A stretch of DNA of 64,000 nucleotides, taken from assembly GCA_004022145.1 (NCBI GenBank), contig RCNU01000001.1; one strand, written 5' to 3'. The notes below the pieces were generated by a model, which worked only from the letters and a program-made list of their open reading frames with translations, ran no database searches and had not been told where the DNA came from. Positions 1 through 14,238 of this stretch are shown piece by piece. This stretch comes from Paecilomyces variotii (lineage: Eukaryota). Each line of letters begins with the position of its first letter. Position 1 is the stretch's first letter. The position numbers and the translations under genes are program-made.

Positions 1-734
1 AAAGGAAGAACAGGCGCAATAATGGAGTCAGCTCGACTGACAACCGGATGTGGGCCTGTGACGGCTGGATGCGGCTCTGGATATGGCGAGCAGCAGTTCG
101 GTGCTGGGTTGACCACCACGAGGGAATAATAAATAATAATACGAACAGGGTCTATAAACTGTCAAACTGCTCTATCAGTTGACAAGACAAGAGAGGAACT
201 GCCACAAGCGAGCGCAAGTCGTTATTATGCTGGGCTGCGTTATCTTCAGGGTCCCTCATGGAAGAGTACGGAACGGCCTTACTTAGCAGCTGAACAGCCG
301 CCGGAGCGAAGCTAGTTAGCCCCGGAGTCGTCATCTGCAGCGGAGTATTCGCTTCTCGAGTCGATGAGTTGGAGGAGAAAATGGGTAATTAATAGATTCA
401 ACATTCTACGCTCTGTATTTACTCTATAATAATTGAAGATCCGCATTTACTGTTCAAAACTGTGTAGGATCAAGCACGTTCGTGGCTGTAGATACATAGC
501 TGCTTTCACGTTGTCTGAGGCCACAAGGCTGACCCCGACCGGCGGCATGTTGTTCCGCCTGGAGATCGTTTCGGCAGCTCATCGGGGTCACTGAGGCAAA
601 CCGATATCATTATTATTTTGTTGATTGCCAGCCTCTGTTCGCGGTTCTGGTCCGACCGCTGCCTTTGCATTATTGATCATGTCCTGGCGGTAGTCCCGAA
701 GTGAGCTGTGTCGTCGCCTCATTGTCACTTAAAG

Positions 735-2697
735 ATGGCTACGGGTTGGTGATAGCACCCATCGCATGTGCCCGTGTATGATGATGTATACTGATCATGT
801 CCCAGTGCGGATCTGCGTTTGCGGAGACGAGGGTACTGGCAAGTCCAGCCTCATCACCTCCCTTGTCAAGGGAGTTTTTGTCACGAACAAGATCCAACCC
901 GTTCTACCGCAGATCACGATTCCTCCCACGATCGGTACCCCTGAGAACGTGACAACCACAACGGTGGTCGACACGTCTGCGCTGCCGCAGGAACGGAACA
1001 ACCTGGCCAGGGAGATCCGGAAATCGAACGTGATATTGCTCGTGTATTCCGATCACTACAGCTATGAACGGGTCGCGCTATTCTGGTTGCCGTATTTCCG
1101 TTCCTTGGGCGTCAATGTGCCCGTGGTGCTGTGCGCCAACAAATCCGACTTGGCAGCCGCAGGGAGCGAAGCTCAGGTGGTCGAAGAAGAAATGTTACCA
1201 TTGATGGCAGAGTTCAAGGAAATCGACTCATGCATCCGGTCTAGCGCTCGAGAACACAGGAATGTTAACGAAGCGTTCTTCCTCTGCCAGAAGGCCGTCA
1301 CACACCCCATCGCTCCGCTGTTTGACTCGAAAGAGTCTGTTTTGAAGCCGGCAGCTGTTGCGGCTCTGCAGCGCATATTCTACCTGTGCGACAAGGATCG
1401 AGATGGATATCTGTCGGATAAAGAGATCGAGGACTTCCAGATGAAGTGCTTTGGAAAGTCCTTGAGTCCGGAGGACCTTATCCACATCAAAGAGACGATC
1501 CAGAAAGCTTATCCAGAATCAGTGACCCCCCTGGGCATCGACTCTCAAGGGTTCCTGCATCTGAACAAGCTTTATGCGGAGAAAGGACGCCACGAAACGG
1601 TGTGGATCATTTTGCGGACGTTTCAATATACCGATAATCTATCGCTTCAGGAAAGCTTCCTCCATCCGAAATTCGAGGTGCCTCCTTTCGCATCAGCAGA
1701 GCTTTCGCCGGAAGGATATCGCTTCTTTGTTGATCTTTTCCTGCTATCTGACAAAGACAACGACGGTGGTCTGAATGACGCAGAATTGGCCTCTCTGTTC
1801 GCCCCAACTCCGGGGCTACCGAGCTCCTGGGTTGAATGGTCCTTCCCATCATCGACGGTACGGAATGAAGCTGGACATGTCACCCTACAAGGTTGGCTGG
1901 CCCAGTGGAGCATGACGACATTTACCTCTCCCAAAACAACTCTCGAATATCTAGCCTACCTAGGGTTCGAATCCTCCGATCGTAGCAACCCGACTACAAC
2001 AGCTGCTTTGAAAGTAACCCGACCGCGGAAACGGAGACGGCGTCCTGGACGTGTAGGACGGAACGTGGTGCTTTGCCATGTGCTTGGAGCTCCGGGTTCA
2101 GGGAAATCGGCCCTTCTGGATGCTTTCCTGGCGCGGCCTTTCAGCATCACATACCATCCTACCATCCAACCACGGACCGCAGTCAACACCGTAGAGCTTC
2201 CCGGTGGGAAACAGTGCTACCTGATCCTAGACGAGCTAGGAGAATTGGAACCTGCACTACTGGAAAACCAGACCAAGCTCTTGGACCAATGTGACGTCGT
2301 GGCATATACCTATGACTCGTCGGACCCAGATTCCTTTTCTTATATCCCAGCCCTGCGGTCCAAGCATCCCCATCTAGAAGAGCTCCCCAGTGTCTTTATT
2401 GCGCTCAAGGCAGACCTCGATCGCACCACACAGCGGGCTGAATGCCAGCCGGATGAGTATACAGCCAGGCTTCGGATGGCGGGCTCGCCCTTGCATGTGA
2501 GCGTAACGTGGAGCTCTATCCAAGAACTTTTCGTTCATATCGCAGAGGCTGCGATGGAACCGAGCACGGCCTTCCCGCGAACCGAAGAGGACGTGGAGGG
2601 CAAATGGATGTCTTGGGGCATCGCTCTTGGGGCCGTCGTCTGCGCCGGAGCAGCGGCGGTCATGATCTGGCGACGGGTCAGTGGCAGTGGAGCTTAA
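735..2697 (+). CDS. gem1: Mitochondrial Rho GTPase (Miro/Gem1)
   Basis: Exon 1 (735-744, ATG GCT ACG G) and intron 745-805 give [17 protein letters not shown]. Two GTPase domains ([16 protein letters not shown]), EF hands ([24 protein letters not shown]) and a C-terminal TM tail anchor. Confidence 0.96.
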
Positions 2698-4982
2698 TCC
2701 AGGGACGCCGCGTTCCCCAAGTAGGTATTATTGAGGTTGCATACCTTAGGTACCCTGGGCGAACGAGCTGCGCCTGTGTTCGCTCTAGTCGATTACATAC
2801 TGGACCGATACCCTGTTTCAACCATCCAGTATACGCAGCAAGCCCGTGTATACTAGGCTTCATAGCAGAACTTAATGAACATGACTACGGTAGATAGCAA
2901 TTAGAGTATGTACGATGCGCGAGTCGATTTCCCTTTCTGTTCTACGGGAGCGACGCTGCTTCATGTCCAGCGTTGCTCATGAATCGCTTCCGGGGGCTGA
3001 GGCCTGCACCATGATCACACAGATGAACGGCGGGGCTGCTCATTTAGTACCCAGTAATTAAGCATTCAGCAGATGCTCACAGATGGCGCTAAGCACGTCA
3101 AGGTCGATCAGTGATCAGCAACTGATGACGCACTGAGCTGAAACGGAGAAGTTGGAAAAGCAGGCGACAATCGGACTTGATAACTTTATATTAACTTACA
3201 GGAAATCATTCTGGGGTAGTTTAGTTCCAGGAAGTATTGGGTCACACCAACACAGATCGGCAAAGCATACCAGATATTGCTTGCACTCAAATTGGTATAT
3301 ATAAAAGCCCTATGTGCATAAGTGACAGTTTCCATAGAATGAGATTCTGCCATCGAGTACCGTGGTTCTACCTTCCGTAACTCGATTTGTATTCCCTTGA
3401 AAACACTTGTCGAACCGTCTTTCCTCAGCAAAATGGGCGATACGACATTCATCGTAAATAGGGTCTTGATTCAACATTGGTACCTTTCTTATATAAGGAA
3501 ATAGGTTATTTTTAAACCAGATGCCACCAAAGATATCATAGATGAATATGCAAGGCGGGTCGAAAGCGGCGGTGGGAAGGTTACAGCTAGATGGAGCAGC
3601 GGTTTGAGCGGATTCAGGTACTTATAGGTTCTCTTTGCATTGGCAGTGCGTAGAACCATCTTTGCTAAGCGAAATCAGGGCTATTCTTCCAGACGATTTC
3701 GTACAGATGTGGCAGACTGAGATGGAGACTGGTGATAGCCCGATTGACTGTATTGAGATAGATTAGCAACATCGGCGCATAACGCTATGTTGTGGAAACT
3801 ATCAGTCAGGAAGAGGAATGCACAGGGGCAGTTTTCAGTATCTAATTCTTATGGAGGAGAATCCCGTCGTATGTAATCTGGACGAGAGTACCCAGCAGCC
3901 CTGGAAATTGGTTGTTCTGACCGAAACGTGACTATGTATTGAATGATACCTGGATATTTCCTAGCTTGGTATTCCGATGATGGTCACTCGATGCTACGGC
4001 AGCTACGTTCGTTCTGTTTCAGCCCAAGAACCGTCTAAACCTGGAGTATCAACGTGCAATAAGTAGAATCATACACGCCAACAAGCAATGTAGCGGTTCG
4101 TGCGAGGTTTCCTCGTCGCGCGCCTGGCTCGTCATCGTCGGCCACTCACACTCGACTCTGGCAGAAAACGTCGCAATGATCTCCAACAGATCTCGATGTG
4201 TTTCCTCTGCTCTCTTCATGTCTCCTTTTCTGTGTTTCTCCGTCTTCATGACTGCTCTCCACTCTCCAACTTTGACGCCACGCGACCCCACGAACCGGTC
4301 ATACTTAGCAGAACCAACCGGAATTCGCGCTCCCGTATTACCCCAGAACCAGACCTCTCCGCTCTGCTTTCCAACGCCTCTTCGAGCCTTTCCTGTCTTG
4401 GACCTCCTCGTCCTTCTTCGTTAACATCCTTTGTCTTCACCACAATCAAAATCCTGGTCTTTCTGTGCCAGTCATCCTCGAGCTAGCAGCGTTCAGAGAG
4501 TGAGTCGACCGTGAGCGCTGCCCCCGCAATTGAGCACCGGCCCCGGCTCAGTTACAACTTCCCGATCGCGATATTTCACCAAGACGACGGCCAGACGGAG
4601 AACAGACCTTCAAGCAGCGGGATAGCTGCACGGTATACGGAGTATCTCACATCGCATTGCATCTGCCCCCGGTCGTTATCGAGGGACGTGCTGTCACCGG
4701 CAGGATTATAATATACTGTACATCGTCGCAGAGACACAAAGGGAAGACCAGGCTAGGATCTCGGGCCCATCGGGACGTTATCAAACCATAACTAGCTGCG
4801 CAATCTGACGCAGCACTCCCCTGCTCTACAGACACAGATTAATGATCACGCCACAACTCCTTCGACCCGAGCAGCCAAAAGCCTTGTTGGTTCAACTCAT
4901 AATCGGGTTCCTCGTGGCGTGGTCCACGTTCCCCTCTGGGAAGCGCGCAGTGGGAGTTTCGTAGCTGTCGCAAACTGCCATC

Positions 4983-7496
4983 ATGTTGTAAGGATTCCCT
5001 TCTCCCATTGATCCCTCTGCGCGAGTCACTGTTCTTTGGTGCCCTGGAACCCATGCGCCGCATCCTAGCTATGCGGGCGCTGTCATAAGAAGCGCAGGCG
5101 CTTGCCCCAAACCTATTTCTGCGAGAAGCATTCGATGTCTCTGCACGCGAAGATAAAACCCCTGCAGAGATTATCACAGAGAAGGCCCTGTTTCTGACTC
5201 CACGCAGTGTCCTCCCACCTCCTCCGCCGCGGTATACCGTGCCGCTGGCGTATGCGGCGGGTGCTTCCAACGGCATGGCGGTGCCAATTCTCGAGACAAA
5301 TAATGTCATTAGCCATCCAGAGGGTGGTTGTCCCCTCCAAGTAGGTGAAGGTAAGTTCAATTGCGCATCTGCGGTGTAGCCTTTGGAGTTTCTACGCTAT
5401 TGCCGTCGATGGATCGGAAGACAACAACTTAGATTGTACATAATTGCTGACAATGGTAACTCCAGGAACATATGAACTCCAAGATGATTTACATCTCGCG
5501 ACCCCTCCTCCGCATCCCTCCGAAGCCCCCGTCACAAATCCAAATCCCCTCGCGACTGTTCCGACGCCACCGACCTCCGGCGTCAAGCTGACACTCGTCA
5601 GTGTTGATGGGCAAAAGAAAGTCCCTCGGCTGTATAATGTCCGGAATGGGTTGTCTGAGCTCAGGAATATCAAAGAAGATGATAAAGAGGGACGAACATC
5701 GGAGAGTGGCAGTGATACATTTCGGAAGACCAATCTATCAGTACCTATTTTTGGAGAAGGCAATCCCGCACTTGCTCCTCCTGCGAGTAAAGATGGCTTG
5801 AAACGGAGAAAACCGAAGAACAATATCGTCAAGAGCAGTTCGTCGTTCGTTTCCAGAGTGATTCTCCATGAATCCTTGACGAAGCGCCTTAACGAACGGG
5901 ATCCGGACGGCGTATTTGCATTTGCGAACATCAACCGCGCCTTCCAATGGCTGGACCTGGGATCGAAGTCCAAAGAGGAGCCCCTGGCTAAGATACTCTT
6001 GACAAAGGCGCACATGCTGTGCCACGACGTCAATGAGCTGACCAAGACAGCCTCCCACATCGATGTCGTCATGGGGTCGTCCGCCGGCGATATTATCTGG
6101 TATGAGCCTATGTCGCAGAAGTATGCTCGCATCAACAAGTACGGGGTGGTTTGCAAATCCCCCGTAACACATATAAAGTGGATTCCGGGGTCGGAAAACT
6201 TATTTCTGGCTGCGCATGCCAACGGCCATCTGGTCGTATACGACAAAGAAAAGGAGGATGCCTTGTTCACACCGGAGACCAACGATGTATTCGACAGGCC
6301 GAGTGCCAGCGTCAATACGCGGAAAGGGATGACGATCTTGAAGTCTGTCAATTCAAGAAATCAGAAGACCAACCCTGTTTCCGTCTGGAAGCTTTCGAAC
6401 CAACGAATCAATCAGTTTGCCTTCTCGCCAGATCACAAGCATCTGGCTGTTGTCCTTGAAGATGGCACGTTGCGAATTATGAACTTCTTGAAAGAAGAGT
6501 ACGTCGCGAATCTGTTAAATACACTATATGCAGTTCTCTAACTTTGTTCAGGGTGCTGGACATCTTCAGAAGTTACTATGGAGGCATGATTTGTGTCTGC
6601 TGGTCTCCCGATGGCAAGTACATCGTGACCGGTGGACAGGATGACCTCGTAACGATCTGGTCCTTTCCAGAGCAAAAGATCATTGCGCGATGTCAGGGTC
6701 ACAATTCGTGGGTATCTACGGTGGCGTTTGATCCTTGGAGATGCGATGAGCGGACCTACAGATTTGGCAGTGTGGGTGACGATTGCAGACTACTGCTGTG
6801 GGATTTCAGCGTTGGGATGCTGCATCGTCCAAAGGCGGTACGTCAGAATCCCAGTCTCTTAGCCTGGTCCTGTGTCGAGAATCTGAGGCTATCATGCTGT
6901 ACTTACTCTCTTGACTAACGGTTATCCCCTGCAGCTCCAAGCGACCGCCAGGCAGCGAAACAGCATTGTTGCATCTGGCTCACATCTTAGTCGACACCAG
7001 ACAGACAGTACGAGTCACCGGAAACGATCCGACTCTAACCGAACAGAGAAACCAGACGATGATGAGGAAGAAGTCACGGTCTGTCATCCAGTCGAACCCA
7101 GGGCGCGAACTGCACATTTGCCCCCTATCATGGTGCGTGTTTACCCTGGCAATTGTTTTTTCTTCCTAAGAATAACACAACAATCTCATTTGTTCTTTTT
7201 TCATCACCGAAGCTAACTAATATCCTATATAGTCCAAGGTCGTCGGTGAAGATCCTATCTGCTGGCTCGGCTTCCAGGAGGATTGTATCATGACATCGTC
7301 CTTAGAAGGTACGTACATTTCCCATATGTTTACTTTCACCTCGAAACCACTTATCCGTCCATCCACCAACAACATACCCATTACTAACACAACACAAGGC
7401 CATATTCGCACCTGGCACCGCCCTCGTGAAGGTCCGAACGAAAGCCGCATCAACCTATCATCCGCCACTGCCTCCGGCTCCGGATCTGTATCATAG
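4983..7496 (+). CDS. creC: WD40 catabolite repression protein CreC (WDR20-like)
   Basis: A 5-nt first coding exon (ATGTT 4983-4987) spliced to 5208 gives [17 protein letters not shown]. Further exons give [12 protein letters not shown] and WD repeats ([39 protein letters not shown]). Ends GHIRTWHRP...SVS*. Confidence 0.9.
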
Positions 7497-7973
7497 CCAT
7501 ACCATACTCTCACGAAATCGATGTAGTGAGAAATCTCTTCTTTATGAGACATAATTACTACCCCTAACATTCTATACATACGATGAATGAAGATGGTATA
7601 CATGAAGGTGGGGGCGGGGATCCGAAATCCATAGGATTTCGCACTATGACCCATTTGTTCCTTGTATATATTTAGAATCTGTGCGAAAAGATCACGAAAT
7701 TCACTTTTACATATTGTGTTTCCTGGTTTACTACTTCTGCAGAGTAAGTAGACTTCTATTTGACTGCCCTGCTTGTAGCTTTGGAAAGTACAGTAGTTAC
7801 GATTTTCGCTTACCATATATATTTTGCTTTTTATTTACACACGTATTCTGGAGTTGTTAATGCAGAGCTCCTAAAGGGGCAATAAGTATACTTTAAAAAA
7901 AATGACATTAATTCCACTTTCATTGATGCTAATGAAATTCGCAAGGAACAAAACAAGATTAGTCTATTTGTTT

Positions 7974-9924
7974 TCATCCCCAGACATTTCCAAAAAGGTC
8001 ATCAGCACCGCCAAACCCGCCAGCCGGTTTGGTGTTTATCGTAGATGTTGATGTGGTCGTCGTGGTCGTGGTCGTGGTGGTTGTGGCTGGTTCCGGTGCG
8101 GCACTGGCCCATCCTCCAAAGTCCTCATCCGCGGCTACGGCAGGAGGGGATTTGGCAGCGGATGGGGACGGTGCACCCCAGCCGCTGCCGATGTCGTTGG
8201 CGGTCAATGTGTCAGGGACTTTCATCATGTTCGAGGGTGCCGCTGCGGCGGGGGCGGGATCAGGAGTGCTCCATGCGTCGCTGCCCCAGGGGTCCAGGTT
8301 GCTCGAGAAGACGCTGGACGTTGCTGTGACTACCGGCTTGGGGGTGGGTTCAGCAGCTGGAGCCGGCGCGGGCTGAGGAGCAGGCTTGGAGAGGTTGAAA
8401 ATAGAGCTGAGATCCGCAGATGGTGAGGATACAGCCTTGGGAGGCGGAGGAGAAGTGGTCGGCGGAGACGAGAGACCGAATAAATCATTGGAGGTTGATG
8501 AAGCAGTAGGCAGGTTAGGTCTCGATGCTGGGGTTGCCGTCTTCGTAAAGCTGAAGTCCAGGCCGTTAGATGAGACGGAAGTTGTACGCTGTGGCTGTGG
8601 CTTAGGCGAAGTGCTGGATGCCAGGGTGTCGAACAATCCCCCACCGGAAGACATAGCAGGGGAGGTGACCTGAGGCGCTGCGGGACTTGACTTGGGAATG
8701 CTGAAGCTTCCGAGGTTCGAAAAGGGGGAAGGCTTCTCCGCCTGCTTCTGAGGCGGCGGAGTCGCAGTAGAAGGGAAACTGAGCCCACTGAAAGCGTCCG
8801 TCAAACCGCCAAGGGAGGACTGCGACTGAGGCGAAGCCAGGTTTCCGAAAGAGGACGTGCGCTCGTGTTGCGGAGCAGCCGGCTGAGGCTTCGGAGCGGA
8901 CGCATAGAGAGACAGGATGGACTGCTTCAAGTCTGGTCGTGAAAGGCCAGTGGGTGCAGGAGTGGAAGAGAGGGAGGCTGGCCGACTGCCTGTGGATGGC
9001 TGGCTGCTTCCAAAGAAATCCAATCCCAGCAATGAATCACCAGGCTTCGTCTGTTTAGGTGCCGGCTGAGATGCCTTCGGGGGCGGTGCGCGAATAGGAG
9101 GATCTGTCGTGCTGGGTCGCGTTGGAGGGGAGACGATATCGTCGTCGCCGAAGAGATCTACGGATTGGGTCTGCTTCCGTACCGGAGGTTGCTGACTCGA
9201 GACCGAACCCAGACGCTGCGATGCGGAACGCTCAAGCTTCGCTTTCTCTTGAACAACGGCAAGTGGCTAAGAAGAGATCAGTATGCCAGTGGGAGCCAGA
9301 ACCATGATCAGCCACCTACCACATCGTCATCCCCTTCAACATCGAGTGTGGAGGGATCCGGCATGGGCCCGTCCATCACCCATCTCTTCGATTCATATTT
9401 TGTCCTGATGAAATTCTCTATCTTTCTGTGAAGGGCGTCAGTCTCAATGATGCCGATAGTCTATCTGCGATCAAACCCACGCTTCAGATGGTACATGGCC
9501 CGGCGCAAGTTTGGCTTCCCAATATCTGAAGATCCGTCAGCCCCTAATCCCTATTATGATATCCATGAATGTTCGACACACTTGTTCGCTCGCGCATTTC
9601 CCCACTTCAGTACACTCTGCAACTGCTCGTCTGTCCAGGAATCGAGATCAACAGACTTGACTCGGCTGATGTGAGTGCCCATGCCCCTGTGAATTCCCGA
9701 GCAGCGGATGCAAATGAATATCCCCAGATTCCAAGACGCCCATCGTGGGTCTGGAGAAAAAGCGGCACACTGTCAGTAACAGGTCGAATGAACCAGACGT
9801 TAACGGATCACCAACGTTTATTGCGCTTGCAATCGGCGCAGACCTTGTTGTGCTCCAGCTTCAGCAGACTCTTGATCGTCTGCTGATTCTGGGCAGCCCG
9901 GTCGGCTGTAGGGCGCCGAGACAT
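7974..9924 (-). CDS. ArfGAP, SMAP/Age2-like, with Pro/Ser-rich tail
   Basis: Spliced N-terminus [74 protein letters not shown] is an ArfGAP Zn finger. Tail has DLFG motifs and ends DDLFGNVWG. Confidence 0.92.
8053..8085. repeat. (GTGGTC/GTC)n coding microsatellite (poly-Thr in ArfGAP)
   Basis: gtggtcgtcgtggtcgtggtcgtggtggttgtg read directly. Confidence 0.7.
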
Positions 9925-10713
9925 GTTCTCTCTGAAGTATGTCGGATAGACCCTGCCAAATACAGTGCGTAGGTGAAGTAAAAGGGGCTCTTGTTAATCC
10001 GTAGAGTAAGTTGTATCAGGACAGACTTATCGAGAACGTGGCGGAGGATGTCGCGGTGGAGCGGAGTTAATTATTGCACGGTGCCTGATGACTGGGATAC
10101 TTAGTTGCGGGGGACGATTGCCGCCGTCTGTGCACTTTGGCTTCCGTTGTCTGCGGGACCAGAATTCCGTTCTAGCAATTGAGAACTGTCAAGTGAACAA
10201 GATTAATGCTGCTGGAATGTCTTCTCTTATGAGCAATCTCGAGTTTGTGCGCCTCTTGTGGCAGTGGCCCGAGTTACGCCTGAAACGTGTGGCGAGCCGC
10301 TGTCGATCAAACAACGGATACACTGCGCTCATACAACATCCGCCACATCAAGGCCATAGTTTGATATACATGGGAGTTTCCATACGTGCTTATCATCGAT
10401 TCGCTTATCATCGATTCTCGGGATAGAGAAGAAGCTTGAAGGATCATCATATCGGAGGGTGTATAGTAACTAGACGCTTTTCCGTTCCTAGTATGCTCCT
10501 ATACAATCGAAACCCCTCGGTATATTAGGTCTTCATCATCAGATCTGACCACATTCGAATCATACATTTCCCCACGACCATTCTTCGCCACTACTCCGAA
10601 AGTTTTCACCTCCTGACCCCAAGTACATACACCTACTCCCCTTGGCAACGAAAGCTTCGCCCAGAATAAATCAATCCCACTGTTACAAGCTCCCGGTCTT
10701 CCCGTTGAGCCTC

Positions 10714-11465
10714 TTAAGCCTTGGCCTTGACCTGGTCTGCCTCCTGCACGGCCTTATCATCGTCCGCAAACTTCAAACTGATACTATTGACACAGTGTCT
10801 CTCGTCAGTGGGTGTGTCGTAACCCTCTCCCTTAAAGACATGTCCCAGGTGTCCTCCACAGTTGCTGCAAACGATCTCTGTGCGTTCCATACCAAAGGAG
10901 CTGTCGGTGTGGCGATCGATGGCCCCTGGAATGGCATCAAAGAAAGCGGGCCAGCCGCAGCCAGATTTGAACTTGTGAGAGGCCTTGTAAAGGGGAGCTT
11001 CGCAGCCGGCACAGGTGTAGACACCTTTCGAAGGGTAATGCGAGTCGTATTCACCAGTGAACGATGGCTCTGTGCCTTTTTGGCGGAGGATACGGAATTG
11101 CTCTGCAGGTGCCAGTTGTCAGTATTCTACTTGATGATCCATAACTGGCGGTACGGGAACGTGTAAAGGATATTCGCCATACCTGGACTCAGCACCGCTC
11201 TCCACTCCTCCTCGCTCTTCTGAACTGGATGAGACATCTCTCCACCGTTACTTGGATCTTCTGCTTTAGCGCTCGAGCTGAAGAGGGAGCTTAAAAATGG
11301 AATCGCAGGTGCCGCCTTCAGGACAGTAGCCCCGGACAGTGGCAGTGGAATCCGACCAAGAGACGAGAGCGTGCTGAAAACGATCCGCCGTCCTCTAATC
11401 GGTGACACAGATCTGGCAGCGGTAGCAAACGTCCGAAGAGCTGCTTGGAGTCCTTGGAAACGCAT
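10714..11465 (-). CDS. msrB: Methionine-R-sulfoxide reductase MsrB/SelR with mitochondrial presequence
   Basis: KSEEEWRAVLSP, YTCAGC, KFKSGCGWPAF, CSNCGGHLGHVF, RHCVNSISL. One intron. Arg/Ser/Leu-rich N-terminus. Confidence 0.93.
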
Positions 11466-12512
11466 AGACGCGACGGTTTTATACGGGTGATGAGCGGAGT
11501 ATATCCGGAGCGGGACAAAGCGGAGACGGCCTTTTGCAGGGTGAGTATGTCCTTTGCTAAGCTAAGTCGAGTACATGCAGGAATTCAATGGAATCATGAA
11601 TGTCCCGGGCTAGAACGAAAAAGATGCGGTCTTGCGACTACCGGTAGGAAAATCAACCGCGCCACAAGTAAGTCGCTATCTTGTTTTTACGTCATCATGC
11701 GGGGTTACAAGGGAATAGAATATGGTGTTTTGTGAACTGTCGAGATGTTTGAATGCGGAAATGTATTAGCTATCAGGAGCCTCTGAACCAGACTTGAGTC
11801 GTGGAAGAAATACAAGTATTTGATCATTCCAGGATCATTGTTGACCATGGCGTTTGGTCTAGCTAACTACCTACCTAAGTTATTCCTATCTAGTTAAGTC
11901 ACACTGTTATGCTAGGATGACTAAGCCATAGAAACTGAACGTTGGAAGTTGGCTTCTTTAACAGCAATCAAACCCTGGATTAGAGTAATGTTAATTATAG
12001 AACCTACTGGTGGCTGGTAGCAATTACCTGTCTTAAGCAGGAATAAACGGAGTTGCTGGAATCAGAATGAATCAGAATTTGTACTGTATGTACATTGCTA
12101 AAGTGGTTCTTTCAATTAAACTTTCAGACTCCTTTTCAGGCACAAGGCTTTTGTAGATTCAAAAGGTCAAATAATAATAATGAAGAAAAAGCCATACTAT
12201 TGTCTAGCTTATTGTCTTGACTAAGTATGTACCATAGTATGGAGGGACAGCGCGTCATAGACAAACAGCCGTGCACGCGCGGGGAAAAGCCCTTACTTAG
12301 TTTCAACCAAGAAACTCTGAAAGACTTCGCCTGCAACCTGATCGACCATGACTCCAACAACACTATTCCGCCCACAACACGCAGCTGCAGTTTCTTATAA
12401 CAGGTCGCGTGATTAAAGAGACCTGGGACTGGCTTTAAACTTGTTGATTCTCCAAAAGTTATGCGCATAACACCCAGACCAGATTTACGACACGAAATTG
12501 GCGAGTTTGAAG

Positions 12513-14238
12513 ATGGATGACGATCGGGAGCGTCTGTTAGAAGTGGGTTAGAAAGTGCCTAGATCCCTAACGATCATGCTTATATTGTTTCCAGGATCTT
12601 GAAAAGACATATTGTCCTCCCCTGGACGCAGCGTTGTTCGCCGCGATCGCATGCGACTTCGATCTCTCCAAAGATGACCAGGTTGCCCAGCTACGTGAAA
12701 CTCTTGATACCTTGAAGATCTCTGCTATTGAGCAAGAGGACCTCCCATTTGATCCTTCAGGAACAAGCGGATTCAACTCCGGCAGCCTACTCGATGGAGA
12801 TGGTATCCCCTCCGAACGCAGCACCTCACGCAATGAGACGTCGAAATCAAGAGAAACCGATCTGACCAGCCTGGGATCGGATATTCCACCCTTAAACATG
12901 GAAAGGGGAGGATCTGGAGTCAGAAGTAATGGATCTCGACGTTCTTCGGCTGCCCCTGTGGGGTATATTATTGGTCCCAACGGATCGGCCAGCCTGACTG
13001 GAATGACTCTGGATGACAAAGTCTGCTACCTGAGTGAGATGTTTCCGTCTGTGGAGGCGTTTACTATCAAGCACACATTGACCAAGTGTGACGAGGACGT
13101 GGACCGCTCGATGGACGTCTTGCTTAATTTGGCCTTTTTCGAGGAACAGGGGCCATGTAATGATGAGGGCAAGGTGTCCATCCCAAAAGGGATAGATGGG
13201 TTTCTCGGGGAATCAAATGACAACAAGGGGAAAAGGAAAGGGAAGAAGAAGAAGGGGAAAGAACGGGATCTTTTGAGCTCATCGAGCGATCCACAAGACG
13301 GGGTCAAAGTTGTCAACAAGTGGGAGACCAGCAAGGCGGACGTCGAATTTATCTTCTCGAGAACGTCCCCGATTCTGGCGAAAGAAGTGGTGGCTTCAGC
13401 ATACCATTCCAACGGTGCATCTCTTTCAGCAACTATCAGATCCCTCGCCACATCGCATGCACCTAATGATGCAGGGCAGATCCTCGAAAATCCGGTCATG
13501 GCCACGCAGGTCGCGGAGCTTAGCCAGGAGTTTCCTACAATTTCAAAAACAAACTTGGCCGGTCTACTGAAAATCACGAGGAATTCCATATCCGCTGCCA
13601 ACGAACTCGCGTCGGCCATGCTGGATTGGCCATCGCGCCCGCAGTTATCTGACCTCATCCGCATCACTGCAGCACCGCCTGTGCTCGATGAGGACAGAAG
13701 AGAACCGAAGAAATCAAAGGCAAGCCAGCGAATAGCACGAGACTATGAAAGTGCACGGAGTGCTGCGGGCTCACATCTTATGGCTGGCGCAGAAGCCTTC
13801 AACAAAGCTTCTGCTGCTTACCGTCGTGGTAGGTCAGATAAGTTGATGGGAGGTGCAGCAGCGTACTACTCCGCGATCGGTCGAGAGCACATTGAGAGAG
13901 CAAAGCGTGAAGCTTCAGCGGCAGCAGACGCGTTGGTAGAGACCCAGTCTACAGCAGACTCTCTTGATCTCCACGGTGTGACGGTGCAGGATGCCGTTCG
14001 CATTGCCAATGACCGCGTATCCCAATGGTGGGAGTCTCTTGGAGATGCAAAATACACGAATAGCGGGGGGTTGTTAACCCGGAGAGAGTATCGAATCGTG
14101 ACCGGTGCAGGACGACACAGCCGGGATGGTACCTCTCGATTAGGGCCTGCAGTTGGGAAAATGCTGGCTCGAGAAGGCTGGAGAGTTGAGATTGGAGAAG
14201 GTGTCATTACAGTTACCGGTAAGGTGCGGCGTCGTTGA
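12513..14238 (+). CDS. CUE + DUF1771 + Smr domain protein (Cue2/N4BP2-like endonuclease)
   Basis: Exon 1 MDDDRERLLE, intron 12543-12594. CUE-like LSEMFP. Smr motifs LDLHGVTVQDA and IVTGAGRHS. Confidence 0.85.

Noticed and set aside
1-334. Minus-strand ORF 152-334 as the first exon of a gene leaving the window
   Set aside because: A plausible acceptor exists near 152, but there is no convincing donor or recognisable protein motif.
3186-3452. 88-aa minus ORF between gem1 and creC
   Set aside because: No recognisable motif or splice support.
5392-6351. Long antisense ORF over creC (and similar ones over the Smr gene, alaA and rpn7)
   Set aside because: Shadow frames produced by the codon bias of the sense genes.
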